Below, piece by piece: positions 15,109 through 24,155 of a DNA stretch of 64,000 nucleotides. Each line of letters begins with the position of its first letter. Position 1 is the first letter of the stretch. The stretch is taken from positions 1 to 64,000 of the IMG/VR virus record IMGVR_UViG_3300039451_000027; one strand, 5' to 3'. The notes below the pieces were generated by a model, which was given only the letters and a program-made list of their open reading frames with translations, was not told the DNA's origin and did no database searches. Position numbers and translations under genes: made by a program. The stretch is from a virus.

Positions 15109-16533
15109 GTGGCGACGTACACCGAGTTCTACTGCGATCCGGTTAATGGGAGCAACCTCAACGGCGGCTCCGACAGCGGCAGTCCGTCCATGTCCGATAC
15201 CGCCGGGACCGGGAGCTGGAACTCAAGTACTAACGTCTACACGAGCGTGGCGACTACCGGCTCGGTCGCCGTCGGGCAGTTCATGAGCATCTACGCCGGG
15301 TCCGCGACCGACGCCGTATACACCGCCAGGATCACGGCGGTGTCCGGCGGCAGCGGGTCGGTGTGGACCATCACCCTGAGCAGCACGGCCTTCAGCGGCG
15401 CGAAGCCCGGGACGGCCAGCAGCTACAAGGCGCAGGTCGGGGGAGCCTGGAAGGGGCCGAACGGGGCGGATAGCTTCCCGTTCGGCTACATGACCAGCGC
15501 GCTGACTGATTCGAGCGGTGATTCGCCCCGCTGCAACATGAAGAACAACGGGACGTACTCGGTCACTTCCGGGGTCTCGGATGGAGCGATCGGGGGACCG
15601 AGGACCTTCCAGGGTTATTCAAGCGCGGTCGGCGACGGCGGGAAGGCCAACATCGACGGTGGCACTAATGCGATTGTGGTGCTCACGACTGCGACCGGAA
15701 CGAATAGTTACAATACTTACGCCGATTTGACGATCTCCAACAATGGAACGTCTGGAAGCAACGCCGGGATTTCGGTCGGCGGGACGGTCCAATTCTTCCT
15801 CCGCTGCGTGGTCCACGACGTGAGGGGTAACGCGTTCATCAGCTCTCAAGCGAACATCTCGTACATCGAGTGTGAGGCCTACAACTGCAATGGGAGCAAT
15901 AGCTCTTCTATATTTAGCAATAGCGGGACCGGCGCCTACTACAATCGCTGCATTGCCCACAACAATTCGGGCAGCAACAGCAATGGCTTCCAGAGCAGTG
16001 CTGGTGGGTGCTACACCAATTGCATAGCTGACACGAATGGCGGTAACGGCTTCTATTCGAGCAGCACGTCCAACATGTTCTTGGTGCAGTACTGCAGCGC
16101 GTACAACAATACGGGGGATGGGCTGAGGTTGGGCAATACCTCTGCGGTCGTCAGGGTCGAGAATTCCGACTTCGTTCTGAACGGTGGTTACGGAATCAAC
16201 TCCAGTAGCGGAGCGGTACTCGTTCCATCGATCTACTGCAACAATGCCTTCGGCGCTGGGACGAAGGCCAATACGTCGGGGCAAACTCACAATCTGACCC
16301 TCGTTGTTCAGATCGGAACCGTGACGTATCCAAATGACGTGACGCCGTGGGTCTCGCCGAGCACTGGGAACTTCAGCATCAACGCGCCGTTTGCCGAGCG
16401 GCAGGGGCGGGGTAACTTCACCCAGACGCAGGCCAATTATAGCGGTGCCCAGGGCTATCCGGACGTGGGGGCCTGCCCTGCGAACGAGGCGATCTACGGT
16501 GGGTCGATCCACACGAACATAGGGACCTACTGA
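15109..16533 (+). CDS. right-handed parallel beta-helix repeat protein (tailspike/depolymerase-like)
   Basis: Successive ~22-aa turns: ..NNGTSGSNAGISV.., ..CVVHDVRGNAFIS.., ..CIAHNNSGSNSNGF.., ..CIADTNGGNGFYS.., ..CSAYNNTGDGLRL.., ..NGGYGINSS... Confidence 0.7.
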   Translation: MATYTEFYCDPVNGSNLNGGSDSGSPSMSDTAGTGSWNSSTNVYTSVATTGSVAVGQFMSIYAGSATDAVYTARITAVSGGSGSVWTITLSSTAFSGAKPGTASSYKAQVGGAWKGPNGADSFPFGYMTSALTDSSGDSPRCNMKNNGTYSVTSGVSDGAIGGPRTFQGYSSAVGDGGKANIDGGTNAIVVLTTATGTNSYNTYADLTISNNGTSGSNAGISVGGTVQFFLRCVVHDVRGNAFISSQANISYIECEAYNCNGSNSSSIFSNSGTGAYYNRCIAHNNSGSNSNGFQSSAGGCYTNCIADTNGGNGFYSSSTSNMFLVQYCSAYNNTGDGLRLGNTSAVVRVENSDFVLNGGYGINSSSGAVLVPSIYCNNAFGAGTKANTSGQTHNLTLVVQIGTVTYPNDVTPWVSPSTGNFSINAPFAERQGRGNFTQTQANYSGAQGYPDVGACPANEAIYGGSIHTNIGTY

Positions 16534-17333
16534 TGCGGAATCTGTACCTGGAGCGAATCGAGAGGCGGCACGAGTTGAGGAGGCAAATGCTCCCGCGGCT
16601 CGGCTTCTACGTCCCTGATCGCCCCGCCGACTGGCTTACCGAGTCCGCGATCGCCGCGTGGGATATCGCGAGGGCTGCCGATCGGAAGAAGCGGCGCGCG
16701 GCCCTCGAGTTCGTTGGCCCGGCTGATCGCTGGTTGATGAGGTACGCCCTGCAGCATCCGATCCAGGGTGGCGCGCCGAGCTACAGCTACATGGTCTACA
16801 ATGGGGCGATGGCCACTACCGCGGCTCCGGTCAAGCAGCCGACGGGGACCGCGATCAGGACCATGATGCAGCTCAAGCCAGCGACGGGGTACTTCGGGAA
16901 AGTGATCGAGTGGGGCGCGTCGTTCGACGGAAGTGCCGCGGCGACCCCCGGGCAGGTTGAGCTCGTCGAGACTGGGACGGTCGGGGCGACCTCCCTCTCG
17001 ACTGCCTACGCCGTGGCGGACATCCAGCCCTTCGAGGACCCTAACAGCCCGGCCAATACGACGGGCACGAGCGGCGTGCCCTTCAACCTCGGGACCTCGG
17101 CCTCCGGCTTCTCGACCGCGGCGGTCACCGAGGGCAGCACGACGGCGACGCGGATGCTCGACGTGCAGATGCTGCCCCCGACTGGGCCGTATCTGAAGCA
17201 GTTCCCGCTCGGCCGCGAGCCGGGTTACGGATACTACGCCGCGGCCGCGGCCGCGGCCCAGAATTACCTGAGGGTCCGCGCGACCTTCGTCACCACTGTG
17301 AACATGACGGCTTACGTAATCACGGAATTCTGA
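16533..17333 (+). CDS. hypothetical structural-module protein (266 aa)
   Basis: Track ORF; ATG overlaps the upstream stop (TGATG). Confidence 0.6.
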   Translation: MRNLYLERIERRHELRRQMLPRLGFYVPDRPADWLTESAIAAWDIARAADRKKRRAALEFVGPADRWLMRYALQHPIQGGAPSYSYMVYNGAMATTAAPVKQPTGTAIRTMMQLKPATGYFGKVIEWGASFDGSAAATPGQVELVETGTVGATSLSTAYAVADIQPFEDPNSPANTTGTSGVPFNLGTSASGFSTAAVTEGSTTATRMLDVQMLPPTGPYLKQFPLGREPGYGYYAAAAAAAQNYLRVRATFVTTVNMTAYVITEF

Positions 17334-17334
17334 G

Positions 17335-18621
17335 ATGGCCTACTTGGGTCGGCGACAACCGTTCAGGCCGAAGCTCTCCCAGCTCCTCTCGAGCGGCGGG
17401 GTGAGCTACGTCCGGACCGCGACCGACGCGCCATCGACCTCCGAATCCGCGTCGCGAGTTGCGTTGGAGCCGCGAACTGCGACTGACGCGCCATCGACCT
17501 CCGAGTCGCTCGTCAGGATCTTCGTCGGATTCCGATCGCCGACTGACGCGCCATCGATCTCCGAGTCGCTCGTCAGGGCGTTCGCCGGATTCCGATCGCC
17601 GACCGATGCGCCATCGACCTCCGAGTCGCTCACTCAGATGTTTGTTGGATTCCGATCGCCGACTGACGCGCCATCGACCTCCGAGTTGCTCGTCAGGATC
17701 TTCGTCGGATTCCGATCGCCGACTGACGCGCCATCGACCTCTGAATCTTTGGATGCCGAATCTACCATTGCGAGGACCTCGACGGATTCGCCCTCTACTT
17801 CCGAGTCGCTCGTCAGATTGTTTGTCGGATTCCTTAATCCGACTGATGCCACATCGACCTCCGAGTCGCTCGTCAGAGCGTTTACCGGAGCCAGAACTGC
17901 GATAGACGCGCCCTCGACTTCCGAGTCTGTGAGCAGGATATTCGTTGGATTCAGGAATCCGATCGACGCTCCCTTGACCTCCGAGTCTACCACCAGAATA
18001 TTCGTAGGCCTCAGGACAGCGGCCGATACGCCCTCGACTTCGGAGGTCACTACCGAGACCTCCGCGATATTGGTAAATGTTGCTGATTCATCCTCTACCT
18101 CCGAGTTGACCAGTAGGGTGTTCACAGGCGCGAGGTCCCCCGCAGATTCTCCGTCGATCTCCGAGAGCTTGAGACGGCAATTGGCGGATCTCAGGACTGG
18201 CACCGATTTGCCCTCCACCTCCGAATCTGGTCAGCGGGACATATTGACTTCGAGGGCTTCTGCAGATTCGCCCTCCCTCCTCGAGTCGATTGCGAGGACT
18301 CTGTTCGGGGTGAGGTCACCCATCGACGCGTTGTCGACCTCCGAGGATTGCGAGCGGGCCTTCGCCGGGAGCAGGACTGGGACAGAGTCTCCCACGACTT
18401 CTGAGTCAGCGTTCAGGCTCCTGGTGAGGCCGTTCTCAGCCAGTGAGAGCGTGCTCCTATCCGAGTCGGCGGATGCTCAGAATGTGCACTCCGTCAGGGA
18501 ATTTGTGAGCGTCTACGATCGCCTCGAGTTCGAGTACTCGATAGTAGATCACTGGTCCCTCGGGTTCTCGATCTCGGACAGGTTTGATTATGACAGCGTG
18601 GTTGACGCGGTTAATTTCTAG
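17335..18621 (+). CDS. tandem-repeat protein (about 18 x 20 aa, consensus RSPTDAPSTSESLVRIFVGF)
   Basis: Track ORF; the repeat periodicity stays in frame over >1 kb; unique C-terminal ~50 aa. Confidence 0.7.
   Translation: MAYLGRRQPFRPKLSQLLSSGGVSYVRTATDAPSTSESASRVALEPRTATDAPSTSESLVRIFVGFRSPTDAPSISESLVRAFAGFRSPTDAPSTSESLTQMFVGFRSPTDAPSTSELLVRIFVGFRSPTDAPSTSESLDAESTIARTSTDSPSTSESLVRLFVGFLNPTDATSTSESLVRAFTGARTAIDAPSTSESVSRIFVGFRNPIDAPLTSESTTRIFVGLRTAADTPSTSEVTTETSAILVNVADSSSTSELTSRVFTGARSPADSPSISESLRRQLADLRTGTDLPSTSESGQRDILTSRASADSPSLLESIARTLFGVRSPIDALSTSEDCERAFAGSRTGTESPTTSESAFRLLVRPFSASESVLLSESADAQNVHSVREFVSVYDRLEFEYSIVDHWSLGFSISDRFDYDSVVDAVNF
17404..18475 (+). repeat. 60-nt tandem repeat array inside CDS 17335..18621
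   Basis: The first ~6 units are nearly identical at the DNA level; later units diverge progressively. Confidence 0.9.
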
Positions 18622-18632
18622 GGGGCCTGCGA

Positions 18633-18920
18633 ATGTCCCTGACCGTTGGCAGCACCTACGAATTTACTCTGATTGCCAATAAGGACGGGGTTCCCTGGGA
18701 TTTGACCGGCGCGACTTTGACCCTCTATTTGCACGATCCGAATGGTGTTGTGAGCGCAAAGTCCGCAAGTCTTGGATCGTCGGCAAACGTGGCGGTCTAC
18801 GATAGTCTGACGTCAGACTTGTACGTTGCTGGAACGTGGACCAGGACCTGGAGGGTACAGCATAATGGACTAGACGTAAAGTCGAGGCCCAAGATATTCG
18901 AGGTGCTCCAAGCTCCGTAA
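18633..18920 (+). CDS. hypothetical small beta-rich (Ig-like?) protein (95 aa)
   Basis: Track ORF. Confidence 0.6.
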   Translation: MSLTVGSTYEFTLIANKDGVPWDLTGATLTLYLHDPNGVVSAKSASLGSSANVAVYDSLTSDLYVAGTWTRTWRVQHNGLDVKSRPKIFEVLQAP

Positions 18921-18949
18921 GAGCTTGTCCAAGCTCCGTGAGGTGCGAC

Positions 18950-19129
18950 ATGACGAAGAAGCGGAAGAATTGGATTGCCGGAGCTATCAAGAAGCCCGGC
19001 TCCTTGACGAGGCAGGCGAAGGCTGCAGGGAAGACGATTTCTCAGTTCTGCAGCGGCAAGCAAACCGGGGTCACGGCCAAGCGGTGCGCTCTGGCGAAGA
19101 CCCTCAAGCGAATGAAGAAGGGGAAGTGA
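18950..19129 (+). CDS. small lysine-rich protein (59 aa), DUF3008-like from memory
   Basis: ATG 18950 after GAGGTG; ..IKKPGSLTRQAKAAGKT..KRCALAKTLKRM... Confidence 0.5.
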   Translation: MTKKRKNWIAGAIKKPGSLTRQAKAAGKTISQFCSGKQTGVTAKRCALAKTLKRMKKGK

Positions 19130-19130
19130 G

Positions 19131-19346
19131 ATGACCGGACGAGAACCAGATCCCAAGATGAATTCGATGGAGGGCGTGACGCCCATGATGGATGGATTCG
19201 GCGGTTCACCGCCACCGGAGGAACTCCTCGGGACCATGCGGCCCGAGGATCAAATGACCTACGAGAGTGCTGAGATGGGGGCAAAGGCCCTTGGCACCGA
19301 TGGGAAGAATGCTGGCCTCATGCTCGGTGACGGTGGCCACGCCTGA
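19131..19346 (+). CDS. small protein, paralog 1 of LG-x-DGK family (71 aa)
   Basis: Track ORF; ..AEMGAKALGTDGKNAG... Confidence 0.5.
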   Translation: MTGREPDPKMNSMEGVTPMMDGFGGSPPPEELLGTMRPEDQMTYESAEMGAKALGTDGKNAGLMLGDGGHA

Positions 19347-19382
19347 TTTTCGGGTCCTCTTGGACCCCGCCGGAGGCTCAAC

Positions 19383-19544
19383 ATGGGCGAAGAGCAGACT
19401 ATGCAGCCGGGGCCAAACGACTTACCGAACGAGCAGAACTGCATCTACTGCTCGGCCACCATCGCCGCGCAGCAGCTCGGGATGGACGGGAAGCACGTGG
19501 GCCCTTGCTCGCAGGAGCCAGAAGAAAGTGGAGGTAGCGCATGA
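19383..19544 (+). CDS. small protein, paralog 2 (53 aa)
   Basis: Not in track; GGAGG 7 nt upstream; ..CIYCSATIAAQQLGMDGKHVG... Confidence 0.45.
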   Translation: MGEEQTMQPGPNDLPNEQNCIYCSATIAAQQLGMDGKHVGPCSQEPEESGGSA

Positions 19545-19714
19545 ATGACAATCCGGTGATCCTGGAGCCGGCTGAGCCCCTCAACTATGATCAGGGGAGC
19601 TACGAAGACTGCTTCTACACCTCCGCCAAGGAGGCTGCGAAGAAGCTCGGACTCGACGGAAAGCACACCGGCACTGGAGCCCCCAATCCGGAGGGTGAGT
19701 CCGATGCTTATTGA
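19541..19714 (+). CDS. small protein, paralog 3 (57 aa)
   Basis: Not in track; ATGA overlap with the previous ORF; GGAGG 7 nt upstream; ..CFYTSAKEAAKKLGLDGKHTG... Confidence 0.45.
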   Translation: MNDNPVILEPAEPLNYDQGSYEDCFYTSAKEAAKKLGLDGKHTGTGAPNPEGESDAY

Positions 19715-20006
19715 GGCCAACGTCGTCGGGAGCTTCCTGATTGAGTGGTACACGGTCGGGGCGTCGATCGTGCCCCTCTCGACCAGTCCGCTCGCGTCGG
19801 CTCGCGGAGTGCAGCTGAAGGCGGCCTCGACCAACACTGGGATCATTTACGTCGGCGGTCCCGGAGTAGTGGCGGGGACTGGAACGGATGGCGGATTTCC
19901 GCTCGCGGCTCACGAGGAGGTCTTCATTCCGATTGATCACCTTGAGAACGTGTTCTTTGTCTCTGACACCGCGAGCCAGAAGCTCTGTGCATTGATACTA
20001 TCATGA
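19704..20006 (+). CDS. hypothetical beta-rich protein (100 aa)
   Basis: Internal ATG of track ORF 19587..20006, after GGAGGG. Its stop overlaps the terminase start (ATGA). Confidence 0.5.
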   Translation: MLIEANVVGSFLIEWYTVGASIVPLSTSPLASARGVQLKAASTNTGIIYVGGPGVVAGTGTDGGFPLAAHEEVFIPIDHLENVFFVSDTASQKLCALILS

Positions 20007-21661
20007 GTGCAGAACTGTTGAAAATCCTGAGGGAGCGAATTTCGTCGGGCCTCAAGAGGCGGGCGCTGACGACGTGCTCGCGATGGGCACAATCTTGCCG
20101 CGTGATGGGCAAGCCGTTCCCGGGTCCGTGGACCTTCCGCCATCATCCGTGGTTAAGGGAGATGCACGATTCTGCAGCTGAGATGAACGTGGGCCAGAAG
20201 GCGGCTCAGGTGGGGTATACGGAGACGCTCCTGAACCTCGCCTTCTACCACATCGACGTGAAGGCGGTCGATTGCCTTTACGTCCTCCCGGCCAAGACGC
20301 CAGACGCCGGGGACTTCTCCGCCGGTCGCTTTAATCCAGCCCTGGAGCTCAGCCCCCACTTGTCGAGCCTGTTCTCGGACGTTAAGAACATAGGCCACAA
20401 GCGGGCGGGAAATACGAATCTCTACATCCGCGGATCGAAGAGCCGAGCGGGCCTCAAGTCCATTCCTACGGGCCTCATCATCCTCGACGAGGTCGATGAG
20501 ATGGACGAGAGGAATGTCCCCCTCGCCCTCGAGCGGTCTGCCGGGCAGGTTGAGAAGATGACGTGGGCCGTGAGCACCCCGACCATCCCGGGTTATGGAA
20601 TCAACCGGCTGTACTCAGATTCGACGCAGGAGCACTACTTCTTTCGGTGTCCGGGTTGCAGCCGATTGACGGAGCTCACGTTTCCCGACTGCCTGGAGGT
20701 CACCGCCGAGGACGTGAACGATCCGCGGGTCGAGGAGTCCCACCTCAAGTGCAGGGAGTGCAAGTGCCGACTGGAGCACAGGTCGAAGGCTCAGTGGCTC
20801 GCCGACGGCAAGTGGATCGCGGGAGCCACGGATGCGAGCACGCGGGGATTCTACGTCAATCAGCTCTACTCGACTACCGTGACGCCGGGTAACTTTGCCA
20901 GGGCCTTCCTCAGGGCCCAGCGGGACGAGACGGAGGAGCAGGAGTTTTATAATTCGAAGCTTGGCCTCGAGCACGTGGTCAAGGGAGCGGGGATCAGCGA
21001 CGCTGACATCGACGCGTGTCGCGGCGGGTACAAGATGAGCGACAGGTCGGCCGGATCGAGGCTCGTCACGATGGGTGTTGACGTGGGCCGGTGGCTCCAC
21101 GTGGAGGTCGACGAGTGGACCATACCGGGTAACGCGACCTCCGTGGACCTGAACGTGCAGTCCAGGCCGAGGGTAATCGCGATCCTGAAGGTCCTTAACT
21201 TCGAGGAGCTCGATAGACTGATGCGGGAATTCAGAGTCAATTTCTGCGTGATCGACGCCAATCCCGAGCGTCGCAAGGCCTACGAGTTCGCCTGCAGATT
21301 CTTCGGCTACGTGAAGATGTGCTTCTATGGGCAGGGCGTCGTCGGGAAGCAGATTCACGTGTCCAATGAGTCGAATGACGAGCCGACGATAACGGTGGAT
21401 CGCACGAGCTGGCTCGACCTATCACTCGGCAGGTTCCACAATCGCGGGATTGCGATCCCCGTCGACGCGCCGCTCGAGTACAGGACGCACCTGAAGTCCC
21501 TCGTGAGAGTCTACGAGAAGGACAAGACCGGGCAGCCGGTAGGCAGGTACCTGAAGGGCAAGGACGACGACCACTACGCCCATGCGAGGAATTACGCGGA
21601 GCTCGCACTGCCCTTCGCGGTCGGGCTCGGAGCTTCCCAAGATATGGGGGACGTGATTTGA
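20003..21661 (+). CDS. terL: terminase large subunit (lambda GpA-type)
   Basis: VGQKAAQVGYTE (Walker-A-like), LIILDEVDE (Walker B), zinc-ribbon FFRCPGC..CRECKC; 552 aa. Confidence 0.9.
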   Translation: MSAELLKILRERISSGLKRRALTTCSRWAQSCRVMGKPFPGPWTFRHHPWLREMHDSAAEMNVGQKAAQVGYTETLLNLAFYHIDVKAVDCLYVLPAKTPDAGDFSAGRFNPALELSPHLSSLFSDVKNIGHKRAGNTNLYIRGSKSRAGLKSIPTGLIILDEVDEMDERNVPLALERSAGQVEKMTWAVSTPTIPGYGINRLYSDSTQEHYFFRCPGCSRLTELTFPDCLEVTAEDVNDPRVEESHLKCRECKCRLEHRSKAQWLADGKWIAGATDASTRGFYVNQLYSTTVTPGNFARAFLRAQRDETEEQEFYNSKLGLEHVVKGAGISDADIDACRGGYKMSDRSAGSRLVTMGVDVGRWLHVEVDEWTIPGNATSVDLNVQSRPRVIAILKVLNFEELDRLMREFRVNFCVIDANPERRKAYEFACRFFGYVKMCFYGQGVVGKQIHVSNESNDEPTITVDRTSWLDLSLGRFHNRGIAIPVDAPLEYRTHLKSLVRVYEKDKTGQPVGRYLKGKDDDHYAHARNYAELALPFAVGLGASQDMGDVI

Positions 21662-21876
21662 CGGACGACGGACCTGTTCCCAGTGCTGAGCAGGATAGGT
21701 GGATTGAGTTGGTCGAGCGGTTGCAGTCGGGCCTCCAATCGCACATCGAGAAGATGCCGAACATGTGCCCCTGCGATCTCGACTACTTTGCATCCGCCTG
21801 GAGGACCGTCTTTGGGTTGGCTGTGGCCGCCCGCTCTTACGATGTCGAAGTCGAGAGGAAATCAACACCGTGGTGA
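21658..21876 (+). CDS. hypothetical small protein between terminase and portal (gpW position)
   Basis: Track ORF; TTG start overlapping the terL stop. Confidence 0.45.
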   Translation: MTDDGPVPSAEQDRWIELVERLQSGLQSHIEKMPNMCPCDLDYFASAWRTVFGLAVAARSYDVEVERKSTPW

Positions 21877-23657
21877 CGAATAGGCGGGAGTACACGATTG
21901 CGGACCTCACGCATCCTGCGTACGACCGCGCGATTCAGGAGTGGCTCAAGTGGAGGTACACCTACCGCGGTGGCGCTCAGTTCATAAATACGTACCTGCA
22001 GCAGTACAGCCAGAGGGAGAGTATCCCGAGCTTCCAGAAGCGAAAGAGCATGACCTACAATCCCTCCTTCTCCAAGGAGGCGATCAACGAGATCAAGAAC
22101 TCCCTCTTTCAGAGGTTCGTGGATGTGACCCGCACTGGCGGTTCGCAGACCTACCAACGAGCCGTGCTCGGCGAGGACGGTGGGGTGGACCTCCTCGGGT
22201 CCTCGATGAATGCCTACATAGGCAGGAAGATTTTGTCAGAGCTCCTGGTGATGGGGAAGGTCGGCATATTCGTCGACATGCCGATTCTATCTGGCATCAC
22301 GATTGCGGAGAACATGAACAAGCGGCCGTACCTGTACATCTACAAGGCCGAGGACATCCGGACGTGGAGGTTCGACACCTACGATTCCCAGACTGAGTTC
22401 TCCACGCTCCTGCTCCGCGAGTACGTCTACCAGTATGACGAGGTCACCGGGCTCCCAATGGGGCAGGCTGCGAGGTTCAGGCACATATGGTTGGAGGACG
22501 GAAAGGTACACGTGCAGTTTTATGACGAGGGAGGGTCGCCGACGTTCTTCGGTGGTCAGCCGCAAGACGAGGCGGACCCGATCGTGTTGAATATCGATCG
22601 GATACCGTTCGTCGTCGCGGAGCTGTCCGACTCGCTGCTCGTGGAAGCTGCCAACTACCAGATCGCCCTCATGAACATCGCCAGCTCTGACATTGGCTAC
22701 ATCCTCCAGAGCAACTACCCGTTCTACACGGAACAGTACGAGCCGAGGACCGATAGCCCACACCTGAAGACGGCTGGTCTGGACACTGGCGGCTCCGGGA
22801 GCGACGCCGGAGCGTCGAAGACGCAGGAGATCATGACCGGGACCGGGATGGGTCGCAGGTACCCGAAGGGTCTAGACAGGCCAGAGTTCATCAACCCCTC
22901 CAGCGAGCCGCTGAAGGCGTCGATGGCAAAGCAGGAGCAGATCAAGGCTGAGATCAGGCAGCTGGTCCACCTGTCGGTCGCCAACCTCCAGCCGAGGGAC
23001 GCTAGTGCCGAATCCAAGAGCATGGATAACCAGGGCCTTGAGAATGGCCTCTCTTATATCGGGCTTGAGCTTGAGAATGCCGAGCGGAAGATCGCGGACT
23101 ACTGGTCCATGTACGAGAATTCTAGGGCCGCGACCGTCAAGTATCCGGAGAAGTACAGTCTCCGAACTGAGTCGGATCGCCGCGAGGAGGCCAAGCAACT
23201 CTCGGAGTTGCTCGAGAGGGTCCCGTCGAGGGTCTACCAGAAGGAGGTCGCCAAGCGGATAGCTCAGGTCCTCCTCGGCAACAAGGTGTCCAATGAGGTG
23301 CTCGGTACAATCATGGCTGAAATCGATAAGGCTGTCGGGATGACTGCCACGGTCGAGGTGATTGCGAAGCACGTGGAGATTGGAATCCTGGACCTCGAGA
23401 CCGCCTCCAAGATGTGCAATTATCCGGAGGGGACCGTGGAGAAGGCGGCGAAGGATCACAGCGAGAGGCTCGCCAGGATCGCGGCTCAGCAGGGCATCGT
23501 CGGTGGGGACGGCGCGGCCGCTCGCGGGGTTTCCGATCTGGACCCGAGCCCAGGAGCCACGGGCGCGCCGGAGAAGGGAAAGAGTAGAGAGACGGCCCAG
23601 GACGCGGAGGTCAGGGACAAGGTGCGTGGCAAGGGTAAGAAGAGGACTGGTCAATGA
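21870..23657 (+). CDS. putative portal protein
   Basis: About 595 aa, immediately after terminase + small ORF. GTG 21870/21873 after GAGAGGAAA. Call rests on size and position only. Confidence 0.65.
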   Translation: MVTNRREYTIADLTHPAYDRAIQEWLKWRYTYRGGAQFINTYLQQYSQRESIPSFQKRKSMTYNPSFSKEAINEIKNSLFQRFVDVTRTGGSQTYQRAVLGEDGGVDLLGSSMNAYIGRKILSELLVMGKVGIFVDMPILSGITIAENMNKRPYLYIYKAEDIRTWRFDTYDSQTEFSTLLLREYVYQYDEVTGLPMGQAARFRHIWLEDGKVHVQFYDEGGSPTFFGGQPQDEADPIVLNIDRIPFVVAELSDSLLVEAANYQIALMNIASSDIGYILQSNYPFYTEQYEPRTDSPHLKTAGLDTGGSGSDAGASKTQEIMTGTGMGRRYPKGLDRPEFINPSSEPLKASMAKQEQIKAEIRQLVHLSVANLQPRDASAESKSMDNQGLENGLSYIGLELENAERKIADYWSMYENSRAATVKYPEKYSLRTESDRREEAKQLSELLERVPSRVYQKEVAKRIAQVLLGNKVSNEVLGTIMAEIDKAVGMTATVEVIAKHVEIGILDLETASKMCNYPEGTVEKAAKDHSERLARIAAQQGIVGGDGAAARGVSDLDPSPGATGAPEKGKSRETAQDAEVRDKVRGKGKKRTGQ

Positions 23658-24100
23658 ATCAGTACGCAACCAGACTGCAGGCCGCAGCCTACTTTCAGTT
23701 GCGGCTGAATACCGGAGCCTGGGATTCCGCGAGCGTCGAGGACCAGAATAAGGCCCTGAGCCATGCCACGCTCCTGATCGACAACCTCAACTACGCCGGT
23801 GAGAAGGCGGACCCGAATCAAACCAACGAATTTCCGAGGGGGATCGACGCGAGCGTCCCGCAGGCAATCGTGAACGCCTGCGCCGAGATTGCGCTCTCCC
23901 TGCTCGACGGCGTCGACGTGAATGCGGAGGGTGACAATGTTAACGTCACCCACCAGACTCTGTCGACCGCCCGGACAATGCGAGACACGAGCTTTGTGCC
24001 GGAGTGGATCTTGGCCGGAATTCCGAGCCTCGCGGCCTGGAATTTGCTGAGGCCCTTCCTGCGCGATCCGTTGGCCTTGACCCTGAGTAGGGTCAATTAA
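23654..24100 (+). CDS. head-tail adaptor-like protein (gp6/DnaT_2-like N-terminus)
   Basis: ..RLQAAAYFQLRLNTGAWDSASVEDQNKALSHATLLIDNLNYAG.. pattern recalled from adaptor proteins. Confidence 0.5.
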   Translation: MNQYATRLQAAAYFQLRLNTGAWDSASVEDQNKALSHATLLIDNLNYAGEKADPNQTNEFPRGIDASVPQAIVNACAEIALSLLDGVDVNAEGDNVNVTHQTLSTARTMRDTSFVPEWILAGIPSLAAWNLLRPFLRDPLALTLSRVN

Positions 24101-24155
24101 AAACCGGTCTGGCCACCGGGTTCTGAACTGCGGCAGTTCCGCAGGGGAGTGAGTG

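Noticed and set aside
12483-15122. Long minus-strand ORFs 12483..13373, 13252..13818 and 13875..15122.
   Set aside because: Antisense to well-supported plus-strand genes; Arg/Pro/Gly-rich; no SD. The 5' end of 12483..13373 is the promoter repeat read as protein.
18906-18943. Direct repeat CCAAGCTCCGT(A/G)AG around the stop of 18633..18920, which would allow TAA read-through adding ELVQAP.
   Set aside because: The extension would be only 6 aa, and nothing in the context supports recoding. More likely a small duplication scar.
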